From the NCBI RefSeq assembly GCF_009914755.1, contig NC_060935.1: 64,000 bases of DNA. One strand, written 5' to 3'. The notes under the pieces are model-generated. The model saw only the letters and a list, made by a program, of their open reading frames with translations. It did no database searches and was not told the origin of the DNA. The stretch is from the human T2T-CHM13v2.0 reference genome, Homo sapiens. Positions within the stretch are counted from its first letter, which is position 1. Every line of letters starts with the position of its first letter. The position numbers were made by a program, and so were the translations under genes. This document shows, piece after piece, positions 29,676 to 42,335 of the stretch.

Positions 29676-29889
29676 TGGAACATAGTAACATAATAGAGGA
29701 TCTTATTTAAGAAGGCCACTCTTTCCTTAGGAGCTTATGTGAGGATATATGTGTAAAAATGTTTTCATAGGAGTAAAATGTATGCAAATTTAATATATGC
29801 TTTCTATAAAATAATACAGTGAAGAGGAAACAAAGGATGAAGATGAAGCAAGATTTTGAGGCAATGAATTAGAAATTCAACTAAGGTAG

Positions 29890-32800
29890 GATTAAGGGGA
29901 AATTTATAGCACTAAATGCTTACATCAAAAAGTTACAAAGATCTCAAATTAACAACCTAACTTCACAACTGAAAGAATTAGAGATGCAAGAACAAATCAA
30001 CCTCAAAGCTACCAGAACACAAGAAATAACAAAAATCCGAGCTGAACTGAAGGAAATCGAGACACAAAACTTCAAGAGATCAACAAATTCGTGAGTTGTT
30101 TTTTGAAAAAAATAATAGGCCACTAGCTAAACTAATTGAAAAGAAAAGAGAGACTATCTAAATAAACACATTTAGAAATGACAAAGGAAATGTTATTACT
30201 GACCCTACAGAAATAAAAGCACCCATCAGAAACTACTATGAACACCTCTACACACACAAACTAGAAAACCTAGAAGATATTGATAAATTCCTGGACACAT
30301 ACACTCTCCTAAGACTGAGCTAGGTAGAAATCAATTCCCTGAATAGACCCAATAACAAGTTGCAAAATTAGTAATAAATAGCCTACCGACAACAACAAAA
30401 AAAACCCTGGGACCTGATGAGTTCATAGCTGAATTCTACCAGATGTACAAAGAAGATCTGGTACTATAGAAACTATTTCAAAAAATTGAGGAGGAGGGAC
30501 TCCTCCACTCTATCTATGAGGCCAGCATCATCTTGCTACCAAAAGCTGGCAGAGCCATAGCAACAACAACAAAGAAAGACTTCAGGCCAATATCCTTGGT
30601 AAACTTCAATGCAAAAATCCTCAACAAAATACTTGCAAACCAAATCTAGCAGCACCATAATCAAGTAGGCTTCCCCCTAGGATGCAAAGTTGGCTCAACA
30701 TATTTAAATCAGTAAATATGATTCATTACATAAACAGAACTAAAGACAAAAAACACATGATTATTTCAATAGATGTAGAAAATGCTTTTGATAAAATTCA
30801 TCATCACTTCATGTTAAAAACTCTCAATAAACTAGGTATTGAAAGAACGTAACTCAAAAAGCCTTCTATGACAAACCCCTGGCCAACATTATACTGAATG
30901 GGCAAAAGTTGGAAGCATTCCCCTTGAAAATCTGTACAAGACAAGGATGCCCTCTCTTACCACTCCTATTCAACATAGTATTGGACATCCTAGACAGATC
31001 AATCAGGCAAGACAAATAAAGGAATCGAAATGGGAAGAGAGGAAGCCAAACTATTTCATTTTGCAGGTGACATGATTCTATAGCAGGAAAACCCAGTAGT
31101 CTTGGACAAAAGCTCCTTCAGTGGATAAACTTCAGCAAAGTTGCAAGATAAAAAATGAATGTGCTGAAGTTATTAACATTCCTATATACCAACAAAACCA
31201 AAAGGCAAACCAAAGGGCATATCAGAGAAGCAATCCCATTCACAATTGCCACAAAAAGAATGAAATACTTAGGTATACATCTAACCAGGGTGAAAGATCT
31301 CTACAACGAGAATTAAAATAGACTCCTCAAAGAAGACAAAAACAAATGGAAAAACATCCTATTTTCATGGAAAGGAATAATCAGTATCATTAAAATGGCC
31401 GTACTGCCCAAAGCAATTTACAGATTCAATGCTACTCCTGTCAAATTACCATCAGAATTCTTCACAGAACTAGAGAAAATTATTTTAAAATTCATATGGA
31501 ACCAAAAAGAGCCCGAGTAGCCAACGCCTTCCTAAGCAAAAGGGACAAAGCTTTTGGCATCATGCTATTCTACTTCAAAATAGACTACAAGGCTACAGTA
31601 ATCAAAACAACATGGTAGTGGTGGAAAAACAGGCACATAGAGCAACAGAATAAATAGACCAGAAATAAGGCCACACATATATGTCCATCTGATCTTTTAC
31701 AAAACTGACAAAAACAAGCAATGGGGAAAAGACCCCCTATTGAATAAATGGTGCTTGGATGACTGGCTAGCCATATGCAGAAGATGGAAGCTGGACCCCT
31801 TCCTTACACCATATACAGAAGTCAACTCTAGTTGGATTAAAGACTTAAATGTAAAACCCCAAGCTATAAAAACCCTGGAAGACAACCTAGGCAGTACCAT
31901 CCTGGGCATAGGAACCAACAAAGATTTCATGATGAAGACACCAAAAGCAATCGTAACAAAAGTAAAAATTGACAAGCGGGATCTACTTAAACTTAAGAGT
32001 TTCTGCAAAACAAAAGAAACTATCAACAGAGTAAATAGACAACCTACAGAATGGGAGGAAATATTTCTAAACTATGCCTCTGACAAAGGTCCAATATCCA
32101 GCATTGATAAGGAACTTGAACACATTTACAAAAGAAAAACATACAACCCCATTTAAAAAGTGGGCAAACAACATGAACAAACACTTCTCAAAGGAAGACA
32201 TACATGTAGCCAACAAACATATGGAAAAAAGCTCAATGTCACTGATAGTTAGATAAATGCAAATCAAAACCACAATGAGATAGCATCTCGCACCTGTCAG
32301 AATGGCTATTCTTAAAAAGCTAATAACAGATGCTGGTGGGGTTGCTGAGAAAAGGGGACACTTGTACACTGTTGGTGGGAATGTAAATTAGTTCACCCAT
32401 TGTGGGAAAGCAGTATAGCAATTCCTGAAAGAGCTAAAAGTGGAACTATCATTCAATCCAGCAATCCCATTACTGATATATACCATGACAAATATAAACC
32501 ATTAATCCATAAAGATATATGCATGTGAATGTTCACTGCAGTATTATTGAAAGTAGCAAAGATGTGGAATCAACCTAAATTTCCATCAGTGACAGATTAC
32601 ATAAAGAAAATGTGGTACATATACACTGTGGAATGCTATGCAGCCATAACAAGGAATGAGATCATGTCTTTTGCAGGAATGGGAATGGAGCTGGAGGCAA
32701 TTATTCTTAGAAAATGAATGCAGGACAGAAAACCAAATACCACTTGTTCTCACTTGTGAGTGGGAGCTAAATGATGAGAACTTATGAACACAAAGACGAA

Positions 32801-32985
32801 AATAGACACTGGGGTCTACTTCTTGGGGAGGGTGAAAGGAGGGAGAGGAGCAGAAAACATAACTACTGGGTACTGTGCTTAATACCTGGGTAATTAAATA
32901 ATATCTACAACAAATCCCTGTGACACAAGTTTTCCTATATAACCTTCACATGTACCCCCCAAACCTAAAATAAAAGTTAAACAAA
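29890..32985 (+). mobile_element. L1PA16/17-like element, 3' ~3.1 kb of ORF2 plus 3' UTR, 5'-truncated
   Basis: ORF 31740-32156 ([24 protein letters not shown]...) is ORF2p; 3' UTR gatgagaacttatgaacacaaag...cttcacatgtacccccaaacctaaaataaaagtt; the RT motif is mutated (tttgcaggtgacatg = FAGDM). Confidence 0.95.
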
Positions 32986-33229
32986 AATAATTTAAGGAAG
33001 TTCTAGTCAACCCTAATCTTCTAAAAAATACAAGGTACAGTCAAATTGCTAAGATTTGTCAGAGAATTTTGCTAGAGTATTCTGGGTGTTCCTGGTAAGA
33101 CCCTGTCTTTTACTGAGCCCACAACTCTCCCCATATGGGGAGATATAGCCCCTATGGGTTATATATTATGTATATGGGGCCTCCACTCCCAACCCCATAT
33201 ACATAATGTATACCTCAACTCTCCGGGAA

Positions 33230-34095
33230 TCCCAGTCGTGTCATCAATCATCCTTGCACTCTCATTTCCTCAGACACTTATTTCCATTGTCACTTCATAG
33301 ATGTTGTCATTACCAATAAGTTAAACCACTTTCCAACAACACTATTTTTTTTTCAGCTCATGCACTCTAGTGTTTCAACACCAGCTATATTTAGACTCCA
33401 TTGGGATCTACAATCTACTGTTCCTAACATGTTTTCTCTTTACCTATTGTTATTTCTATGCTCATACTTACTCCCTTAATTAGGAATTCTATGACCTGGT
33501 ATATAATTGATTCTGTGCATATTCCTCAACTCCCTTCCTCCCTTCCTCCCTTTATTATCGATTCCACTTTGGGAAAAAAAAATCCACATTAGCCAAACTT
33601 GTATTTCTTCCATGGTTCCTCTCGGACAAATGTACATGGCTGGAGAAAAAAATTAGACCATGCTGCCTGGTCTCATTAAATGTAAGATCCCTACTGCAAG
33701 TGGCCCTTTAGTGTTTCTAGGCAAGCACACTATATTCCCCTAGTACTTTTCATCTCCCATTCTCCTATATGATCACTTAATGCCTTTGCATCTCTACTCC
33801 AACCTCCAGATGACTCTGCTTCCTATTTCCCTGATAAAATAGAAACCAACGTAGACAATTTTAATAAACTTCTACCACCACACCTATCTTGCATTTATAC
33901 TCTGTTTTATTTTTCTCCAAAGCATTTACTGCCATCTAATATGTTACATATTTTCCTTAAGAATTTGGTTTATTGTGCATTCTTCCCCCTCCTCTGCCAC
34001 TGTAAGTTTGAAAATAACAATGTTATTTTCTATTTTGTTATTTTTGTCTTTGCAGTACCTGCAGCAATGCCTGATAAGTAAAGGATGCAGTAAAT
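33230..34095 (+). mobile_element. L2a-like fragment including 3' end
   Basis: catagatgttgtcattaccaataa...tggctggagaaaaa...gactctgcttcctatttccctgataaaatagaa...cagtacctgcagcaatgcctgataagtaaaggatgcagtaaat. Confidence 0.7.
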
Positions 34096-34096
34096 T

Positions 34097-34147
34097 GTGT
34101 GTGTGTATGTGTGTGTGCATGCGTGTGCATGCGCACGCGTGTGTGTT
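34097..34147. repeat. Alternating purine-pyrimidine tract (TG/CA/CG)
   Basis: tgtgtgtgtatgtgtgtgtgcatgcgtgtgcatgcgcacgcgtgtgtgt. Confidence 0.85.
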
Positions 34148-34174
34148 TTGTTTAAATAATGTTATGGGATAGAT

Positions 34175-34310
34175 CTTATAATCTTCCTTTTACAAATGAT
34201 GAAACTGAGGCTCAGATAATTTTAGTCACATTCTAACGGCCAGTTAGCAATCAAATAGTGGAGCCAGAATTCCAGCCCAAGTCAGTCTAATCTAAAGCTT
34301 AAGCATGTAC
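34175..34310 (-). mobile_element. MIR
   Basis: ttttacaaatgatgaaactgaggctcaga...ggagccagaattccagcccaagtcagtct. Confidence 0.8.
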
Positions 34311-34809
34311 CAAATTAAGTTTAAACTATTCATTCTACTAGTCTGAATTCTTGGATTTGTGTCTCAGAATATCTTCCCAGGCTTATCTTGTTCTACCTTA
34401 TTACACACACGTACTCTTCAATCAAACTAGAAACTTCCTGTCTTTCAGCATGTCCCTAGCTGGTCCTGCACAGTCATTCATGTGAACAGGCTCCTCTTCA
34501 GTGCCTGGAGCACGTTCCGTCTTATGCCTATTGAAATCCTGCTTGTTCTTCAGGATCTATATACTCTCTCTTTGTTTTTTTCTAAGACATTTCAAGTGGG
34601 ATTTTCTGTTCTCTGCTTTTAACTCTTACCAATGTCACACATCTATCTTAGAGCACTTATTTAAATTACAAAGTGGAGAGAGACGTTGTATCCATGTCTC
34701 AAGTTCTTCCAGACTCCCTGGCAGATCATCAGCTCCTTTGAGTATGTGTTCATTTTTATATATTCCATATAGCAACACCACTACACGATTTTCACTTGAC
34801 AATTATAAC

Positions 34810-35030
34810 AGTCTTGGAGTGCTCAATGCCAAACATTGTTCTAAGCCATTACATATGTTAATTAATTCAATCCTCAAAATCCTGTGAGGACAGGTACTAT
34901 TATTATCCCCAAATTTAGAATGAGAAAGCGAAGAACAGAAAACTTGTCAAAGTCACACAGTTAGTGATTATTTGAACTGAGACTTGAATCCAGACAGCCT
35001 GGTTCCAGAGGACTTGACTAAGAGATACTA
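34810..35030 (-). mobile_element. MIR (appears to split an L2 tail at ~34360-35070)
   Basis: gccaaacattgttctaagccattacatatgttaattaattcaatcctcaaaatcctgtgag...aacttgtcaaagtcacacag. Confidence 0.8.
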
Positions 35031-36869
35031 CCTTTTAGTTATCGGTAAATGCACCATAAATATTGGTTGAATTCAGGAAGCTGAATAACAGTATCTGACA
35101 AAAAAAAATTACAAAAACACAGCAGGAAGACTAAAGGAGTGAATGTCCCCTTGTGTTATCTGGCTGTTTGATGACAAAAGTAGGTTACTATACTACAAGC
35201 TATTATATATGTTGCCTATTAAGAAAAAAATGTAAAGGACTCAGTAAGGCTAATTGTATGATATCAAAACAGAATTTACATTTCACATCACAAGATAAAA
35301 GATTTTTTGCGCCAATGCTAAGTTTTCTAAACTTTGCTTTTGAGATTAAGTAGAAGACTTGATTGTTTAGAAATAAACTGTAAGTCTATTGTGAAGTCTC
35401 AAAATGGCCCAGCAAAAGGGAAAATACATCTGAATTTTCTAGTTGCGTAATTATCTGTGTAATTAGATGTGAAACTTCTCTTTCACAGTCTTCCCTCATC
35501 ATCTGGGATGGCCTCAGGAAACAGTTATCATCCTCCCTTCAGACTTACATGAGATGCACTGGGATTTTTATAAGACACTGTTTAAACTTCAAGAATAAAA
35601 AGCAACAATGAGATAAAGTGAAATTATGCGTAGGTATGGATTTTTTGTTTTTGAAAGGAGAAGGTAGATATAATTTGAAAACTATGATAGAGAGCGATTT
35701 TCAAAGTATCTCTATGAAGATACTATTTTTAACTTTTCACAAAGAGAAATTTTCTTCCATTAATTATATTAAATTTTTATTTTAATAATTTTTATATATA
35801 TGCATTGTAGGCAAACTTTTGATCCAATACAGAAGTGTTTTATAAAAATCATCATGAGTTAAGTAAATATTCAGCATTTTAATCTTTGCCTTTGTAACGT
35901 TTTCTTCTCTTAATTCCTTGGAAGAATGAAGAAAGGAATATGTGTGTTAAAAACTAAATATGTTTAGTAAATCTAAATTCATTACTTCAAAAAAGATATT
36001 ATTTTTATATTTCGTAAACATATGTATTCTTAGAACAGATTCCTGTAGTGTATCTGCATGTCCTTCAGGCTCTGCTGTTGAACATTTTCCTTTCAGGTCA
36101 TTAGTTGTGCCCTGCTCTTCTGCCATTTTGAATGGTCCAGTGGTAAATTTGTACCAGCTTTATTAAACACAAGCAATACACTGCAGATTTTGATGACCAG
36201 GCTTTCTGTAATGTGGCCTTTTAAATCTGAGGGCTCAGAGGCATTCTCCAAATCCTCTCCATTAGTCTTTTTAAAGATACAAGCTACTTCAGAATAGCCA
36301 AATAAGAATATTATTATTAGAATATTGTCATGCAAGTCTTACTTATTTGGCTATTCTGAAGTAGCCAACTCTAAGGCACACTCCATGAGCCTCAAGGAAA
36401 TGAGAAGTTCTCTTTAAGTATAATTCCCTCTTGGATATGATGTCAGTGGTATCTCCTCTCCCTCTATCTCTGGGGCCACATCCACCATCACTTATGACTA
36501 CACTTAGGAGAACTGAAGAGGAAACCTACATCCTCCCCAAAGAGTCCTAAGACAGTAGCGAGCAGTGGAAACAGAACAGGAAGTTACTTGTCTGGGAGAT
36601 CTGATGTGTAGTCTGTGCTTTTTGTATGTGTGCCAGAGTAAAAAGCAATTAATAGCAAAGTATTTTATAAAAGCTTTTTCTGTAATCTATGGCTCTGTTA
36701 TGTTTACCCCATTGTTGCTTTATCTTTTTTTGTTTAGAGTGTACATTTAGTGTCTGAAGCAAGGAGAGTTTGATAGCTCACCGAAATTACTACATGTTTT
36801 CTACTAGCAAAACGAAATAGAACAATTTGCTTGAGAATTACTGTGGATTATTTACTGTAAGCTAAACTC

Positions 36870-37145
36870 TATGTAATAATAATCGCTGACACTTATTTCT
36901 TACTTCAGGCAATATTCTAAGTATTTTTATATATTATCTAATTTAATCTAACAACAAATCCTAAAAAATAGGAAACTATCGTCTCCATTTTACATATGAC
37001 AATTCTACAATACAGCAGATTAAGTTAATTTTTCAAGATGATACGAGCAGCAAGTAGTGAAGTTAAGATTTGGACACAGGCTATTATTTTAGACATTTAG
37101 GAGAATGTCAGATTCTTCCGGCAGGTCATATAACCACTGCACAAT
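36870..37145 (-). mobile_element. MIR
   Basis: aataataatcgctgacacttatt...caggcaatattctaagtattttt...ccattttacatatgac...ttaagttaatttttcaagatg. Confidence 0.75.
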
Positions 37146-37364
37146 ACCACTCTCCGCCCCATCTTTAAGTATAGTGCTTTTCCACCTCATCAAAAAATTT
37201 GTGATGATATCCTGTAAATTCTATCCTTAAAAGAACCATAAAAATATGTATTAGACACCGACTTGAAAAAAATTTACAAAAAAGATAATAGAAACTATCT
37301 TAGTCTAGTTTTTGTTCTACAATCAACATTTGTTTTTATAAATCTCTATAAAATTCCAGGGCAT

Positions 37365-37701
<337 letters not shown>

Positions 37702-38189
37702 CCAGGGCATTGTGCTGCTATTGTGTGTTATTAGAATATTGTCATGAAATAAACAATGATAAGCCCGATCTGTCTCCTAAAATCTCTTTTGTTTCTGATA
37801 TGACAAGATAGAGCATGTCACAAACCCAAACCTTATCACTAAATATAATTTTCATAGTTATTATATTATCCCATCCTTAATTGTTTCATAGTTGTAAGCA
37901 TCAAATTTTCCTGGAACTCTATATTTCCCATTTCCAAGTAGAACTTAAATTACTATTGTCCTTTAATGAAAAAATCAATTAAGGGAAGGAAATTACACAT
38001 TTTTCAAACCTCCCACCAGAAAAACAAAAACAGCTGTGGAAAAAAATGAAGAGATATATGGGTTCACTGATATTGACTGAAAATACTCACACTTAGTGCC
38101 ATCCACATACATAAGTTAATATAAAATAGAACACCATAAAGTCATTTTAAAACTGTCATATTTATTGTGTTTTTGCCCATTTTAAATAT

Positions 38190-38360
38190 TAGCTCGTGCT
38201 TATCTAGTACTAAGGGCTTCATATTTATTAACTTATTTAATCTGCACAATTATCCATCACTGTCTCTATTTTACATACAAAAAAATTGAGTCACAGAGAG
38301 TTTAAATCATTTGTCTGAGGTTTCGAATGCATTCAGATTGATTACTTAACCACTATGGTA
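38190..38360 (-). mobile_element. MIR
   Basis: acttatttaatctgcacaat...ctattttacatac...ttgagtcacagagagtttaaatcatttgtctgagg. Confidence 0.7.
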
Positions 38361-39668
38361 ATTCGTCTCTGACAATCAACTAAATCAATCATTTTATTCA
38401 TTCAAGATCAATGGAATCAGAAGTGAAAACATTTAAGGACTCACCTGTATATTAGAATCAGTAGGGAAAAGTGATGGATTTTTAAAAAGAAATATGTTAA
38501 GAGTACGTTGCAAAAAATGTAGATTTCAATATATGTTTAGAAAAATATAGAGGAGTCTGATCATACATGAGAGAGAGAGAGGGAAAGACAGAGAAGGCAT
38601 AGATATTGAGCAGGAAGAAAAATAATGTGTACAATATTTGTGAGTGACTTGAGGTATTTTAAAGGATAAATCTTAAGGCCTTGATATTAGAACTCAAACC
38701 ATGCAAATATTGCAACTCTGGTAAATTCCAGCTTAAATTAACCAAATATACTATATTCTGAGAGAATCATTAAACGGTAACAAAGACAAGAGTAGCTCTT
38801 TGTTGTTGTTGTTTTAGCAGTTACTGATGATAATATTTAAATATACTCAATGTTTCTAAATTTTTCAGGGTCTATCTAACTGAATGAAGGTGCTTTTTAG
38901 AAATAAATAGATAATGATCTGCTGTCAAAGGTATTGCTTTCCTTTATTAGCAGCCTCATAGTGATGTAGAACAAAGTTGTCGGGATAGATACCTGCTTAG
39001 GTTGCTTGTTCTCCTCAGATGGTAACCCCAGGAAGGGTAGATGAGACAGTTCACCCTAAAAGACGGTGAGTAGTGACCATGAGTCACCGAAATTGGAGTT
39101 GGCCTTGGATGTCAGCTTTGCTGAAGGGGAGCAAAAAGTCTGAGGTCTGAGGAGTTAAAAAAAACAGTCAGCAGTCACTGGTCACTTCCAGCAGGTGAGA
39201 AAGGAAAGAAGCATTTTGAGCATACAGTAGAGCCAGAGCTAACCTCATAACTTAGGAACACAGGTTAAGGAGCATCCAGGTATGTTGTACACCTCAAGGT
39301 ACAACATAACTTTTCATCTTAATGAGCATAGGTTCTTGAGCCATACCATCTGGATCTTCAGTAGAGTGATTTCAACATTAATAGGAGCATGTCCTCTGGG
39401 GTGCTAAGTAAGGGAGGTTCAACGGTGAACAAGACCTCTTCCTGCTCCTCAAAGAATCTCTATTGCAGTAGAAAGATAGGCATCTTTATGTCTTTACATA
39501 AAATGAAGATGAAAGAGTTATAAATAAGGTATAACATTCACGTGGGTATTTAGAAGGATGAGATAAATTCCATTTGGGGGAAAAGTGGGTGATGGGGGTG
39601 CCTTCAGAGAAGGCATAGATATTGGGCAGGAAGGAAAATTCAATGCTCACTATTAAACTGACATAACA

Positions 39669-39862
39669 TTTTTTTACCTTTAGGTTTGTGGGCACACGTT
39701 AAGGTTTGTTATATAGGTAAACTCATGTCACGGGGGTTCGTTGTACGGATTATTTCATCACCCATGCATTAAGCCTAGTACCCAATAGTTATTTTTTTCT
39801 GCTCCTCTCCTCCCATCCTGCACCCTCAGGTAGGCCCCAGTGTCTGTTGTTCCCTTCTTTGT
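39669..39862 (-). mobile_element. L1PA15/16 3' UTR fragment (~190 bp)
   Basis: gtaaactcatgtcacgggggttcgttgtacggattatttcatcaccc...aggccccagtgtctgttgttcccttctttgt. Confidence 0.88.
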
Positions 39863-39932
39863 AACACATTATTTTGAATTAGTATAGCTATCTGTATGCT
39901 TCTTCACTCAAGCTATTAGAAACTAGAGGGCT

Positions 39933-40432
39933 GGTTCTAGATCTTTAAGGAATCATCACATGGTCTTCCACAATGGTAGAACTAATTCACAATGGCGGAG
40001 ACAAGGAACCAACCCAATGTCTATCAGTGATAGACTGGATAAAGAAAATATGGTACATACACACCATGGAATACTATGCAGCCGTAAAAAGGAGTGAGAT
40101 CATGTCCTGTGCAGGGACATGGATGGAGCTGGAAGCCATTATCCTCAGCAAACTAACACAGGAACAAAAAACAAACACTGCATGTTCTCACTTATAAGTG
40201 GGAGCTGAACAATGAGAACACATGGACACGGGGAGGGGAACAACACACATTGGGGCCTGTGGGGGTGGTGGTGGTACAGAGAGGGAGAGCATTAGGAAAA
40301 ATAGGTAATTCATGCTGGGCTTAATACCTAGGTGATGGGTTGAGAGGTTAACGTGTGCCATAGTGGTTTGCTGCACCTGTGTAACAAAGCTGTACACCCT
40401 GCACATGTATCCCAGAAGTAAAAGTTAAATTT
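39933..40432 (+). mobile_element. L1PA 3' end with a 5' inverted segment (twin-priming structure)
   Basis: 39933-39991 is antisense L1; ~39983-40432 is sense ORF2 end plus 3' UTR (ORF 39973-40197 ...DWIKKIWYIHTMEYYAA...); agagggct flanks both ends. Confidence 0.92.
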
Positions 40433-41034
40433 AATTAAATGAGAGGGCTAAGATCCCTCCTTGTTCCCATGCACTCCCCACACCTAGCACATACCTGCCA
40501 TCCAGTACTTACTTATATTGTGAATAACTATTAATTAAACAGAATTAAATATGACCTAGCTGCTGTGTTCTATTCCCTAGAAGGAGGCAGAATTCTGCTG
40601 GAACTGGCTTCTGATTCTAGCAGAGCAGGGCTGGATTCTCTAGAAGAAAGGGTGTGATAATGCAGAAGCATCTAAGTAGTAACAGTAAACCTAAAATGCA
40701 AACATCACTTTTACCTGATTGGTTTTACTTTACAAAGAGAAGACGGAGAGAATACTATATTAACTTCGTAAATAAAGATCTGTTCAAGACTATATTGGAT
40801 GAAAACCATCAAAGATAAACACCTCAATATTTTATGCCATCTTAGGGCTGCCGGTTATCTACTATTAGACATTTACAAAATCATTCAATGAGTATTGGTA
40901 ATACTTGTAGAAGCAAGTTTATGGTTATGTTTGGGGCATTGAGATTTTTAATGTTACTTCTTTTGAATTGATAAATGGTTATATTATTGTTTAATTATAA
41001 TCTGTTCTTCAATAACAAATGAGTATTTTAAAAA

Positions 41035-41400
41035 ATTATTTTACTAATACATAACATTTCTACATATTTACGGAAACGTGATGATGCATGCATACAATGT
41101 ATAATGGTCAAATCAGGGTATTTAGGATATCTATCACCTCAAACATTTATAATTTATTTGTGTTGGGAACATTTTAAGTTTTCTATTTTGAGATACACAA
41201 TATATTGTTTTTAACTGTAGTCACTCTGCTGTGCTAGAGAACACTAGATCCTATTCCTTCTACCTAAGTGTATGCGTGTACCCATTAACCAACCACACTT
41301 CATCCTCCTTTTCCCCACCATTTCCCAGCCTCTGGTAACTATAGTTGTACTCTCTACCTCCATGAGATAGCTTAGGTAGCTCCCATATATGAGTAGAAAC
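41035..41400 (-). mobile_element. L1MA (L1MA5/6-like) 3' end
   Basis: catacaatgtataatggtcaaatcagggtatttaggatatctatcacctcaaacattt...ctctacctccatgagat...ctcccatatatgagt. Confidence 0.85.
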
Positions 41401-41434
41401 ACATCCTCAAAACTTAGAAAGATTACAAAACTAG

Positions 41435-41722
<288 letters not shown>

Positions 41723-42164
41723 TAAGAGTTTATCTTTTCTTACAACTTCTTTTATACTGAAAAGAAGCTCTTTAGTTAACTCTCTTTGTCATGGAGTTAG
41801 AAGTCAAGTGCTATTCCTTGTTTTAAAGATGATTGCAGTCTTGGCATGTTATCAAAATGCAAATACTTTACCCTTAAATTAAGCCCTTATTTAGAGACTC
41901 AAAATTCCCTGGAGAGAGGAGGATAGCAGTGCTATATCAGAAATATATTTTTTTAACATACAGAGTTGACTGAAGTTGTTTTTATTAAAAATGGGCATTT
42001 CTAATCCTGTCCACACCACCATCCTCAGTATCTCACCTCCAATTTAATGACAATTTCATTCTGACCTTAGGTGAAGTCCTTCTTTCTCAGAAATATGTTC
42101 TGTAATCCCCCAGACTAGAGTAGATGCCTTAGAACTTTCTATACTCCCTTAGTTACTTAAATAT

Positions 42165-42335
42165 ATCTTAAGGGCTAGACTGCAAATTGGCACCACATCA
42201 CTTCTCCCACATTCTGTTGTTAAGTATAGCACAAGGCTAGCCCAGATTCAAAGGAGAAAAACTCCTTCTCTTGAGGGGAAGGGACATATGCATGCTAGAA
42301 CAATAGGAGGAATTATTGGTGTCCATATTTAGATA
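42165..42335 (-). mobile_element. MLT1K/L-type MaLR LTR fragment
   Basis: catcacttctcccacattctgttg...cacaaggctagcccagattcaaaggag...ctccttctcttgagggg. Confidence 0.65.

Noticed and set aside
31740-32156. 138-aa ORF (and ORFs at 2330-2629, 22080-22897, 32529-32717, 39973-40197)
   Set aside because: Fragments of LINE-1 ORF2p in frameshifted, truncated elements; not host genes.
36283-36365. MADE1/Hsmar1 MITE explanation for the 83-bp hairpin
   Set aside because: Arms do not resemble the Hsmar1 TIR and there is no TA target duplication.
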